DNA of 64,000 nt from a virus. This document shows, piece by piece, positions 23,075 through 32,424 of this stretch. A model generated the notes under the pieces. That model was given only the letters and a program-made list of their open reading frames with translations, did no database searches and was not told where the DNA came from. The stretch lies in the IMG/VR virus record IMGVR_UViG_3300019487_000017; one strand, 5' to 3'. A program made the position numbers and the translations under genes. The first letter of the stretch is position 1; every line of letters begins with the position of its first letter.

Positions 23075-23923
23075 ATGAAAATTCATACGGTTACAATGAC
23101 AGGTGCAGATGATTCAATTAATCCTTTAGACCTTTACAGAATATCTCAAACCTATCCTTATGTCGAATGGGGAATTCTTGTTTCTAAAAAATCAGCAGGA
23201 AGACCTAGATTCCCTTCTTACAACTGGTTAGATCAACTTGTTCAGCTTAAAAAGGCAAATGAGAATCTTTTTTCAGGATATACACGGAATCCACCGTCCT
23301 TTTCTTGTCATATTTGTGGAGAATGGGTTAGACAATTATTACTAGGTGAAGAAGAAGTTTTTATAGCTTTAAAACAGTATCTAGATATATTCGATCGTAT
23401 CCAAATTAATACACATGCAGAACCTCATGAGATTAATAAGATAAAGTTAATTAACATTCTTAATGAGTTCGTAGCAGATGATAAAGAAATTATTATTCAA
23501 TGGGACAATGTAAATGGAGAAAAATTATTACATCCTCTTCTTGAAGAAGAACTAGATGTAAGTGTTTTATATGATTTATCTCATGGCGAAGGAAGGCTAC
23601 CATCTGAATGGCCTGCACCTATGGTATTCCCTCAAGACGAAGATGAAGAAGATGATTATATTACAACTGGTTATGCCGGAGGATTAGGTCCAGGAAATCT
23701 ACAACAAAGTTTAAAGAATATAGAAGGCGTTATCAAAAATGCTGTTAATAAGGAACCAATTTGGATTGATATGGAAACTCGTATCAGATCTAATAATAAC
23801 CAGTTGTTTGATTTAACAAAAGTCATAGGTTGTCTAGAGATAGCGAGAGATTATGTAGCTATACCCACCAGCACTTGGCTTAAATATGTTATCAGGGAAA
23901 CAACTGAGGAAGAGAAACAATGA
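23075..23923 (+). CDS. TIM-barrel protein of the phosphoribosylanthranilate-isomerase-like family
   Basis: TMTGADD, VEWGIL, LYDLSHGEG, GYAGGLGPGN, WIDMET. Confidence 0.55.
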   Translation: MKIHTVTMTGADDSINPLDLYRISQTYPYVEWGILVSKKSAGRPRFPSYNWLDQLVQLKKANENLFSGYTRNPPSFSCHICGEWVRQLLLGEEEVFIALKQYLDIFDRIQINTHAEPHEINKIKLINILNEFVADDKEIIIQWDNVNGEKLLHPLLEEELDVSVLYDLSHGEGRLPSEWPAPMVFPQDEDEEDDYITTGYAGGLGPGNLQQSLKNIEGVIKNAVNKEPIWIDMETRIRSNNNQLFDLTKVIGCLEIARDYVAIPTSTWLKYVIRETTEEEKQ

Positions 23924-24144
23924 AAACATATAAAGAACTAAAAGATGAAGTTTTTCTAGCCCGGAAAAAACTTGACAAACTAAAAAAACATAAATTTGAT
24001 CTAATTTTAAATGGAACAAAGATATTATTTGAAATCCTTGAAACCGATTTTCAATGGGTCTTACAAGATTTCAAAACATTTTATCCTGACCAAACTATTC
24101 AAGTCGCAGAAAAAGAAGGTTGGGTATTAAATAAACAGGGAAGT

Positions 24145-24280
24145 ATTCCAGTTTGAGAGTATCGCGACTACTCCATCAAATCTGAGCAATTAGATCTCCG
24201 TAAAGGGACAAATAGATTGCGTAATAATTACGCTTACTCAGCTTATTTGTCAAACCGCTTCGGAGTTCAAGACTGGGAAT
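24145..24280 (-). ncRNA. Structured pseudoknotted RNA, copy A (paralog of 37271-37391)
   Basis: Closing stem, CUCCG/CGGAG, GACAAAUA/UAUUUGUC, loop CUGAGUAA complementary to linker UUGCUCAG, then AUUUGAU and hairpin GAGUA-GUCGCGA-UACUC. Confidence 0.6.
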
Positions 24281-24300
24281 AATTTGTATAAAAAAGAAGA

Positions 24301-24443
24301 CGGTTGATAATCTCAAGATAGTGGTCGGTTTTATGGGTGTGAAGAGTAGGATTTGAACCTACAACCTTCGCCTTGACATGGCGATGCTCAACCAATTGAG
24401 CTAACTTCTGAAAAAACCAACTAGTTCTTAAGATTATCAACCG
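24301..24443 (-). ncRNA. Y RNA-like tRNA mimic 1 (unpermuted D/anticodon/T arms; acceptor stem continues into a long terminal stem)
   Basis: 13-bp terminal inverted repeat CGGTTGATAATCT; D arm GCUC/GAGC, UCGCC-AUGUCAA-GGCGA, T arm GUAGG-UUCAAAU-CCUAC; AAGAACU...UUCAG / CUAUCUUG motif. Confidence 0.75.
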
Positions 24444-24468
24444 CCCTCAAATGCTGCGATTGAATATG

Positions 24469-24642
24469 CTTTCATTGTTCTAGTCTAATCAGGATAGTCG
24501 TTCGTTTTGTTTGGTGTTACACTTTAATAGAGTGTTGCCTTTCCACTAGGCTACCATCGCGTTCATTGGTGCGATAGGCAGGATTCGAACCTGCGTTTCT
24601 GAAAAAACGAAACAGTCCCTGATGAGACTGGAACAATGAAAG
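24469..24642 (-). ncRNA. Y RNA-like tRNA mimic 2 (circularly permuted: T arm, acceptor, D arm, anticodon-like arm)
   Basis: ~18-bp terminal inverted repeat; GCAGG-UUCGAAU-CCUGC, CUAUCGC/GCGAUGG closed by a loop starting ACCA, GCCU/AGGC, ACACU/AGUGU; CAGGGACU / CUAUCCUG motif. Confidence 0.8.
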
Positions 24643-24651
24643 GAATCTTTA

Positions 24652-24930
24652 GATTGTCAATTAGTCCAAACAGGATAGATACCCGTTGCTTGCGTTGTAA
24701 AACACAGTCCCTTAAACTGTTGCCTTTTCCAATTAGGCTACTCCTCCGTTATTGTCTATGGTAGCCAATTTTCATTGGTACTAACATAAACTGGTTTTGG
24801 AGCTCCGCTTGCCAGATTAGAGGTTTTACCCTTTGTACCTAACAAACGGAGCATATGGAGGAGGTAGGATTCGAACCTACATAAGTTGCTGAATCAACGA
24901 ATTAGTCCCTGTTGGGACTAATTGACAATC
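24652..24930 (-). ncRNA. Y RNA-like tRNA mimic 3 (permuted, ~100-nt insert in the acceptor-closing loop)
   Basis: 16-bp terminal inverted repeat GATTGTCAATTAGTCC; GUAGG-UUCGAAU-CCUAC, CUCCUCC/GGAGGAG, GCCU/AGGC, ACAGU/ACUGU; CAGGGACU / CUAUCCUG motif. Confidence 0.8.
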
Positions 24931-24941
24931 GTTCGTTCAAA

Positions 24942-25133
24942 ACTCTTATGAGTCAGAGCCAGGATAGGTACTCGTTGCTTGCGTTTTCACTAAGCTACCT
25001 TGCCATTCTCCATTCTCGCAAGAACAGAGAGTGGCAAGGGTTGGATTCGAACCAACGGTAATCAATTTTCAAAGCTGATGCTTTTCCTATTGCTGAATCA
25101 ACGTGTTAGTCCCTGACGCTGACTCATAAGAGT
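24942..25133 (-). ncRNA. Y RNA-like tRNA mimic 4 (permuted at the D loop)
   Basis: 15-bp terminal inverted repeat ACTCTTATGAGTCAG; order AAGC, anticodon-like arm, GUUGG-UUCGAAU-CCAAC, CCUUGCC/GGCAAGG, UA-GCUU; CAGGGACU / CUAUCCUG motif. Confidence 0.8.
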
Positions 25134-25429
25134 CTTCATATTCAGTTTTTAAAGAGCCAACTTATTGTATTCGACATTAAGTGCCGAATTCCTTCAACGA
25201 AAAAGATTCTATCATGATAATTTTCACAACCAAATCTTTTTTCATCTTTCGGACAACATTTCTATGCGACAAATTATTTTCTCTGGAGAAACAAACCTTC
25301 AATCACATTTTTATTCCGCAAAATCTTAAATACCAATAACTTACAGTCTTTTGAATTTTCTTTTTTCTTTTTAATAAAGCTCTTAACTTTTCGTCGGTAA
25401 TTTTCACAACATAAAAAACATAAGAATTT

Positions 25430-25759
25430 TTAGATTTTCTCAATTTTTTCTGTTGTCCAAGCTTCATTTGTTTTATGTTCGATGCCAACTGCTCCTCCAT
25501 CATTAATTACTACACGCGGACTCTCAATATTAAAAAGGATAGCTTCATAAGACACTTTTAAAGACCTAATGCCTTCTAAAGCTCCTTTTTCAGAATAGAT
25601 AGGGTGATTCTTAAAGTTCTTATCCCCTCTAAAAGTGGTAAAGATAATTTGATATCCTTTTTTAACAATATGATCTAGGAGATCTCTTGCCCCTGGAAGC
25701 AATTCATTTGTACCGTGCAAAAATAAAGTTCCGTCTAAGTCTAAAAAATATGCTTTCAT
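25430..25759 (-). CDS. Small HAD-superfamily phosphatase
   Basis: YFLDLDGTL motif I, IIFTT motif II, VINDG. Confidence 0.7.
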   Translation of the reverse strand: MKAYFLDLDGTLFLHGTNELLPGARDLLDHIVKKGYQIIFTTFRGDKNFKNHPIYSEKGALEGIRSLKVSYEAILFNIESPRVVINDGGAVGIEHKTNEAWTTEKIEKI

Positions 25760-25805
25760 ATTTATATATGTGATATATTATTTTCTGGAGAAATTATAAA
25801 AATAA

Positions 25806-25840
25806 AAGAGGCTATGATAAGTTTGTTATCATAGCCTCTT
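25806..25840 (-). terminator. Intrinsic terminator of the vWA/ARPP operon
   Basis: AAGAGGCTATGATAA-GTTTG-TTATCATAGCCTCTT, U-rich tail on the minus strand just after the stop at 25848. Confidence 0.8.
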
Positions 25841-25847
25841 GTTGAAG

Positions 25848-26897
25848 TTACATGCTGAATGGTTTTGCAGTTAACCATTCTTCATTATCTTTCCAATGCT
25901 TAGTAGAGATTAATGATGCATAAACAACGCTTTCATTTTCCCTGAACAGTTGTCCAACGAAACGAGCATTTACATCACCAACATCCTCTACTTTCTTACC
26001 ACCAGTGGATGTACCAGAAGTTTTAACTGGTAAATCCGATTCGCAAACAGAGTCTACCAGATTCTTGACACGCTGATACTCCAAGTTCTTTGCAGTACGC
26101 AATGCATCTTTAAGATCTGCAATCTTCTCTGAAAACGAACGTCCTTTTGTTTGACGTAGCTCAACTCGTGTCTTAGGCACAGGCGGTACTCCGCCTGCTT
26201 TACGACTCTCAAGGATTGCCATTGAGCCGTAGCATTCACGAATAAGCATTGACCAAACTTGCAACCAATATTTTGTATTAGGTGCGCGTTCTACGCCAAC
26301 AACTTTTCCACCGATCAAAACAATAGCGCCAATCTGATTCGTTACTGGTTCAAATTCAGCAACGAATTGATCCAACTGCGTTTCGTACTGATCAAGAAAC
26401 GCAATCAGATTGCTTGCTGTAGATCGAACGCCAGTTTCGTTGAGAAACTCACCGATTGCGGGCCACAGACGACCTAATTCAGTTCCGCCACGAGTTTTTA
26501 ACGCACTTTCTCGTAAAGTAACAGGCAAGATGATAAGCCTGTTATCATCTGACGCCTGAATGTTACCAGGCTGGCTTTGCTGAATACAAACCGCAGAATT
26601 AAAAGTTGCATTTTTCTTTTTTGCAACCCAACCAGCAGTTGTCATAGAATGGTCCTGCGCTCGCTGTTTAGTAAGAACAGCCATTTGTGCTGGAACAATC
26701 ATATCTGCTTCAGCGTTTGCAGAGTTATCAAACGTTAAGTTTGCATACCCTGGGTTTCCCACTTGACGAGCGATAGGTGCAACATAATGATCGAATGTTA
26801 CATCGCTGACAAGTGGAATAACTTGCATGAAACCGACAGTTTGAATCTGACCGACTTCACAACCTCGCAATACATCTGAGATTCTAACTGTAGACAT
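25848..26897 (-). CDS. ARPP-like domain protein
   Basis: GQIQTVGFMQVIPL, KQRAQDH, AVCIQQSQPG, FVAEFEPV..QIGAIVLIGGKVVGVE, LIRECYG resemble ARPP-1/ARPP-2 proteins as I recall them; family assignment not verified. Confidence 0.55.
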   Translation of the reverse strand: MSTVRISDVLRGCEVGQIQTVGFMQVIPLVSDVTFDHYVAPIARQVGNPGYANLTFDNSANAEADMIVPAQMAVLTKQRAQDHSMTTAGWVAKKKNATFNSAVCIQQSQPGNIQASDDNRLIILPVTLRESALKTRGGTELGRLWPAIGEFLNETGVRSTASNLIAFLDQYETQLDQFVAEFEPVTNQIGAIVLIGGKVVGVERAPNTKYWLQVWSMLIRECYGSMAILESRKAGGVPPVPKTRVELRQTKGRSFSEKIADLKDALRTAKNLEYQRVKNLVDSVCESDLPVKTSGTSTGGKKVEDVGDVNARFVGQLFRENESVVYASLISTKHWKDNEEWLTAKPFSM

Positions 26898-26915
26898 AAT
26901 ACACTTCCTTTCTCT

Positions 26916-28535
26916 TTAAGCAGCCTGAGATTCCAACATTGGAATAGTCTTATTCAAAAGACCACGAATACCGTTTTCAATATCTGCTGCTAAAGCAGCG
27001 CGGATCATTGAAACACCGATACCTTCTGGCTTAGAAACAGACATTAGTGCTGCATCGTTAGAAAGACGACGAACCGCACCAACTTCTTTACCCACAGCTT
27101 CTGCAGCCATTGTTGGCGTTAACTGATAGATAGGTGTATCAATACCCATCTTGCGTAAACGCTCAATAACTTCAGCGGTACGACCGGCTGGAGCGTTTTC
27201 GTATCCATCCGTAATTAAGAAAACTGCTTCTGGATTATTATCCAATGCTTCAAGCAATGAATCAGCCAGAGAAGTTTCACCAGATGGAACAACCATACCC
27301 AATGAATCAAAGTCTCCATTTGTAGCAACAACAACTGCATCCTCTGTTGCAGATGCAGATAGTACATCACGCAACGCTAATGCAATTGCTATTGGGCGAT
27401 TTTTCTGTTCTTTTGAGCCAGTCATAGAACGAGAATTATCAACGACCACACCAATATTGCGATACGAAAATGGGATAGTTGCAGCAACCTGTTTTGCCTT
27501 TTTGTTCAAAGCAGAACGGATTTCCTGATTCATACCCATTTCTAAAGCATAAACATAGAGTTTTACCATGTCTTGCTTTGTTGGATCGAATTTGATTTCA
27601 ACACCAGCTTCGCGAGCTGCGCGTTGAACGGTCATTTTTTCGCCTTCTGTCATGGTCTCCTTGGTTAATTCAAGGATCTGTGACGAAGGAATATACTTAT
27701 GGTAAACACTTCGGATACCTTCTAAAACTTCTTTTGGAAGTTTCTTACCTGCACTTAGATCTTGATGAGCTTCCATAAAAGAGCGAATTAAATCACTCTT
27801 GTACGGCGCACGAACTTCTCCACCTAGAACAAAACAAATAACTTCATAAACAGTCTTACGTACAGTCGCATCAGTCATATCCTGTTCGCTGTACTTATCG
27901 ATCAGCTTACGCAAACTGTTCTTTTCGTCTGTATTTCGACGAGATTCAGGTTTTGAAAGCGTTACACGAACAAAAGTAGCAACTTTTTGACCCCATGCGT
28001 GAGTTAAAGCAGTTGCCATTTTTTGGCGGTACTTTACAGCCCACCATTCTAAATTTTCTGCGCCCAAAATAGAACGAAGAATAAATGTGCGAGTACGCTT
28101 GTTATTTACTTTGCCTTCTCGCAACATGCCAATCATCTTAAGTAAACGTTGAGCTGGCAAGCGTTTAGAAAGAAACGAAATTACCTTTCGTTCTTGTTCA
28201 TCAGTAATCATGGAGCTTTCATCCTGACCAGTCTTATCATCAAGTAAACGGGTTAAACCTCGCTGACTTGAATAGTCTGTGAGACCTGGCAGGGTAAGCA
28301 ATGCCGCATACAATCCACGGTTAACAGCAAAAACTGCATCATGAATTTTATCAATTGCGGTTTGCTGTTCTTCTTTTGTATTGTAGAACGTAGATTTGCC
28401 TGTAGCCGTAGAAGCCATATCAAGGAAGGCTACAACTGCATTCCTGACATCTTCTTTAGCACGGGATGCCACAACTACACGTCCATTACTATCTAAAGAC
28501 GCAAGTGCATTACAGGATTTAGTTAAAGTAGCCAT
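26916..28535 (-). CDS. Ro60/TROVE(ROT)-like helical protein with C-terminal vWA (MIDAS) domain
   Basis: 539 aa; long basic helical N-terminal region then VVVDNSRSM (DxSxS), GETSL and VFLITDGYEN; size and architecture match Ro60/Rsr; adjacent tRNA-mimic RNAs. Confidence 0.7.
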   Translation of the reverse strand: MATLTKSCNALASLDSNGRVVVASRAKEDVRNAVVAFLDMASTATGKSTFYNTKEEQQTAIDKIHDAVFAVNRGLYAALLTLPGLTDYSSQRGLTRLLDDKTGQDESSMITDEQERKVISFLSKRLPAQRLLKMIGMLREGKVNNKRTRTFILRSILGAENLEWWAVKYRQKMATALTHAWGQKVATFVRVTLSKPESRRNTDEKNSLRKLIDKYSEQDMTDATVRKTVYEVICFVLGGEVRAPYKSDLIRSFMEAHQDLSAGKKLPKEVLEGIRSVYHKYIPSSQILELTKETMTEGEKMTVQRAAREAGVEIKFDPTKQDMVKLYVYALEMGMNQEIRSALNKKAKQVAATIPFSYRNIGVVVDNSRSMTGSKEQKNRPIAIALALRDVLSASATEDAVVVATNGDFDSLGMVVPSGETSLADSLLEALDNNPEAVFLITDGYENAPAGRTAEVIERLRKMGIDTPIYQLTPTMAAEAVGKEVGAVRRLSNDAALMSVSKPEGIGVSMIRAALAADIENGIRGLLNKTIPMLESQAA

Positions 28536-28670
28536 GATATTGCCTTCCTTTCAATTTTATAGTCGATATCTTAAATCGCAGAAGATGGCTAAACAGCCAA
28601 AAAGGTTCTCTGGAGAAAACTGAATTTGTACATTAACTCCAGATACAATGTTATATCAATAATTAAGCAC

Positions 28671-29279
28671 ATGTCATCGGTAAAACCTAATATTATCGTA
28701 TTTGGTGGCACATTTGACCCACCTCATAAGGGACACATCGGACCCGTTCAAGAGATTAAAAAGATAAAAAATTCTTCATTTGTGGTTTACGTGCCTGTTG
28801 GAAGACCTCCCCATAAATCCAAGATTTTAGACGCTCCCCTTCGTTTAGAATTGTTAAGAAGTAGTCTGGAGGGGATTTCTGATACTATTATAGATGAATT
28901 TGAAATTCACAAAACCACCATTTGTTATTCATATGAAACATTAGAATATTTATATGAAAGATATAAAGGGTATGAACTGTTGTTAACAGTAGGTTCAGAT
29001 CAGGCTAAAAAATTTAGTCGATGGAAGAATGTATCCAGAATTTTAGAAATAGCTAAACCAGTATGCATGGTTAGAGATGAATGTTATGATATTCCAAATT
29101 GGCATTTCGATATCATAAATGTGGCTGATTATCACATATCAAGTACTATGCTACGGGAAAAACTTAAACAGTGTTTATATGATGATCCAATAGTACAAAA
29201 ATGGATCTTTCCACAAACTCTAGATCTGATTAAGAGGCAAAAAGTATATGAGCATCAGTCTTCTACTAGCATTCGTTAA
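28671..29279 (+). CDS. nadD: Nicotinate-nucleotide adenylyltransferase
   Basis: FGGTFDPPHKGH, PPHK, YSYETL, GSDQ, WKN, ISSTMLR; start moved to ATG at 28671. Confidence 0.88.
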   Translation: MSSVKPNIIVFGGTFDPPHKGHIGPVQEIKKIKNSSFVVYVPVGRPPHKSKILDAPLRLELLRSSLEGISDTIIDEFEIHKTTICYSYETLEYLYERYKGYELLLTVGSDQAKKFSRWKNVSRILEIAKPVCMVRDECYDIPNWHFDIINVADYHISSTMLREKLKQCLYDDPIVQKWIFPQTLDLIKRQKVYEHQSSTSIR

Positions 29280-29669
29280 TATATCTTTATTAGTTGGTAT
29301 ATTATTTCATTTTATCACCTTGTTTTCTTATGTATTAAATAGAACAAATTGGGAAGATAAAATGAAAGAAGCTGGTGAAATGCAATTTGCATTCTTTTGG
29401 ATGTTTCCAGTTTTCTGTCACCTTGCAGTAGCAATTATCTTAAGTTGGCAACCTTATTTTGGTTTTTCAATAGGTGGTGTAGCTATTCTTGGTTTGTATA
29501 TTATAGATTCGTTGCTGTTTGAAATACCCTATTTTACAAAATTGTCGAGCTGGGCAAGACTTACGATACTGCCTTTGATTCAAGTCCTTATTACATCCGC
29601 TTTATTCCTCGCACTTTCTTAATCTCCAGAGAGTTTAACCCTTTATCATATAAGCATAAGGAGTTAAAC

Positions 29670-31157
29670 ATGAAAAACGAATGGTTTGAGGTTGACAAAG
29701 AAGGACTGTCCAAACTGCTGTCCCGTCGTGGAGGGAAAACATTCCTTTTATATGAATTAATTCAAAATGCATGGGACGAAATTACAAGTGTTGTAAATGT
29801 AACTCTTCAACAACATGGACCACGGCTTTACGAATTAACAGTTGAAGATAATAATCCAGAAGGCTTTAAGAACCTTCGTCATGCTTTTACTTTGTTTGCA
29901 GAAAGTGAAAAGAAATCCAACCCGGTAAAAAGAGGCAAACTGAATTTAGGAGAAAAATTAGTTCTAGCCTGTTGTAATTCTGCAGAAATTATTTCTACTA
30001 CAGGATCTATTCTATTCAGTGAAAACGGCAAACGTACAAAAAAGGATAAGAAAACAAAATCAGGTTCCGTATTCAAGGGCATCATAAGAATGACTGTCAG
30101 CGAATACGAAGAAGTTTGCAGAGAAATTAACAAACTGATTCCACCATTAAATGTAGATACTTATTTTAATGGTAATTTGATTGAACAACGTGCCCCAATT
30201 TGCGAATTTGAAGCACCATTGCTTACGGAAACTCCAGATGGAGACGGTAATCTTTTTCGCACTGTAAGAAATACAAGAGTACGAGTTTTTAACATCAAAG
30301 AAGGGGAAACTCCGTCTATTTATGAAATGGGAATTCCTGTTGTCGAAACAAATGATAAATATCACGTTGATGTTCAACAAAAAGTTCCAGTAAATTTTGA
30401 AAGAGATAACGTACCTCCTTCTTACTTACGTACTCTACGTGTATATACACTAAATAACACTTTTAATTTGTTGCAAGAAAAAGATACAACAGATACTTGG
30501 GTTAAAGATGCATTAGAAGATAAGCGAGTAGGATCTTATGCCGTTAAAAAAGTAATTGAAGAACGTTTTGGCGATAACGCAGTTGCTTTTGACCCTACAG
30601 ATATTGAAGGTACAAAAATTTCTGCCAGCGAAGGAAGAACTGTTGTACCTGGTGCTACTTTCTCAAAACAGGCTTGGGAGAATATTAGAAATTCCAAGGC
30701 TCTCCCTCCTGCAGGACAAATTACACCTTCTCCTAAACCTTATTCCGAAAATGGAAAGCCTCTTAATCTTATTCCATCTGAACAATGGACAGAGCAAATG
30801 AATAAGGTAGCAGAATATGCTAAGAACTTTGCTTTAAATGTTTTAGGAAGAAGTAATTTGCCTGTTCTTATTGCTAAGGAAATTAGCTGGCCTTTTTCTG
30901 CAACTTATGGAAAAGATTCTCCGTTAGTTCTAAATATGTCACGCTTAGGAAAAGCTTTCTTTGACGAATTTCCACAAAATATCGAAAGAGTAGATAGACT
31001 ATTCATTCATGAATTTGGTCATCATTATTCAATAGACCATTTATCTTCTGAATATCATGAAGCTCTTTGTAGAATTGGCGCTAAATTAAAACAATGCACC
31101 TTAGACAATGTTGCTTGTAGTTCAGTTAGCAAAGGAGCATTATTATGTCAAATATAG
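29670..31157 (+). CDS. GHKL (HSP90/MORC-like) ATPase with C-terminal HExxH
   Basis: ELIQNAWD, VEDNNPEGF, RGKLNLGEK, GSVF; IHEFGHH near the C-terminus. Confidence 0.7.
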   Translation: MKNEWFEVDKEGLSKLLSRRGGKTFLLYELIQNAWDEITSVVNVTLQQHGPRLYELTVEDNNPEGFKNLRHAFTLFAESEKKSNPVKRGKLNLGEKLVLACCNSAEIISTTGSILFSENGKRTKKDKKTKSGSVFKGIIRMTVSEYEEVCREINKLIPPLNVDTYFNGNLIEQRAPICEFEAPLLTETPDGDGNLFRTVRNTRVRVFNIKEGETPSIYEMGIPVVETNDKYHVDVQQKVPVNFERDNVPPSYLRTLRVYTLNNTFNLLQEKDTTDTWVKDALEDKRVGSYAVKKVIEERFGDNAVAFDPTDIEGTKISASEGRTVVPGATFSKQAWENIRNSKALPPAGQITPSPKPYSENGKPLNLIPSEQWTEQMNKVAEYAKNFALNVLGRSNLPVLIAKEISWPFSATYGKDSPLVLNMSRLGKAFFDEFPQNIERVDRLFIHEFGHHYSIDHLSSEYHEALCRIGAKLKQCTLDNVACSSVSKGALLCQI

Positions 31158-31809
31158 ATGATGTAAGAAAATTACAAAGGCTAGAGGAAGAAGCCAATAA
31201 TCTTAAGTCAAAAATTAAAGCAGTTCAAGATAGATGTCATCATGTGTGGGAAAGAGAAGTGTATGATCCCACTAGCCAACTTCAAGGTTATGGGCATAAA
31301 GTAATTAAACAAGGGTCAGATATTTGGGGAGAGCCAGAAGGATATGAAAAAGTGGAAGTGCCACGCTGGAGAAGAACTTGTGCCCTATGCGGTTTAAACC
31401 AATATACCACCAAACGTAAAATCAAACAAGTAGACGATGGAGCAGATTTTGATTAAATTGATTTATTTAAATTGTTAATATGTTCTTCAGCACGTTTCTG
31501 GATTGTTGCATGATATTCTTTTATCTGGGCAACAATTTCAGGTGTAACAAAATTGGGATCTAGATTTGCTAAATCTTTGCTAAAACCAATCTGACATGCG
31601 ATTAACCATTGTTGATGTACTGCATTCTTGATATTTTGAGCCTCAAATTTATCAGGAATCAGGCTCATTACATAATGAAATGAGAGCAAAGATATAATAT
31701 TCATATATGCTTGTACTAACGAAGCTTCATCAACGGAAGAAGTAAATGTACTATCTTTCAATTTAGTATTGTCATTTTCCATATTGTTACTTTTATGACA
31801 ATATATTTA

Positions 31810-32424
31810 TCACTTTTCAATTTTAATTGCTTGTGCCAAAATAGATTTGAGATCATACCCTTCGGATTGATACCAACCAACCGGCATATCTTCAAAATAT
31901 CGATGTAGGTAGGATTTAAAAGCAGAATGCCATGTCTCACGTTTTTCGTTATCTGCTTTAGCTAATTTTCTGAATGTGATTCCAACTGAAATAGAAGCAA
32001 ATTTTTCTGCTTCTATTTTAATTTCATCAGATTCTTCTTTAGTAGATAACGTTGGTCCCCAGTGTAATAATTTTTTATCTGATGAAATAGCCCATGCGTC
32101 AATGGGTAAGTCTCTGATTGCAGTTATCTTTTTTGTAAATTTAATTGCATTTAAATCATAAGGTTGCGTTTCAAGATAATCTATTTTATAAGATAATAAA
32201 TCTTTTTCAATTGCTAATAAATCTTCTGAATGATAAGGAGTGGCAGCTATTATGTCTATATCTTTTATTCTAAAATCAGGTTCATTTATATGTTCTGCAA
32301 GAGAACCAAATATGTATAAAGTTTTAACCCCAGGTATAGATAAAACATCTGTGCGTAAACTATCAAAAGAAGCTTTCGCTTCTTTAACAGTAGGCATACA
32401 TTGCTTGTGCCAAAGTTCACTCAT
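31810..32424 (-). CDS. Pol-beta-superfamily nucleotidyltransferase
   Basis: LYIFGSLA...KDIDII, third Asp in PIDAW; ATG at 32424 gives MSELWHKQC. Confidence 0.7.
   Translation of the reverse strand: MSELWHKQCMPTVKEAKASFDSLRTDVLSIPGVKTLYIFGSLAEHINEPDFRIKDIDIIAATPYHSEDLLAIEKDLLSYKIDYLETQPYDLNAIKFTKKITAIRDLPIDAWAISSDKKLLHWGPTLSTKEESDEIKIEAEKFASISVGITFRKLAKADNEKRETWHSAFKSYLHRYFEDMPVGWYQSEGYDLKSILAQAIKIEK

Noticed and set aside
24341-24408. Ordinary tRNA-Asp(GUC) on the minus strand
   Set aside because: The acceptor stem is only about 4 bp and runs into the long carrier stem with the motif shared by the neighbouring Y-like RNAs; a normal tRNA-Asp exists at 43231
24301-25133. CRISPR array or MITE cluster
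   Set aside because: No identical direct repeats with regular spacers; terminal inverted repeats differ between units and no target-site duplications or cas/transposase genes are seen
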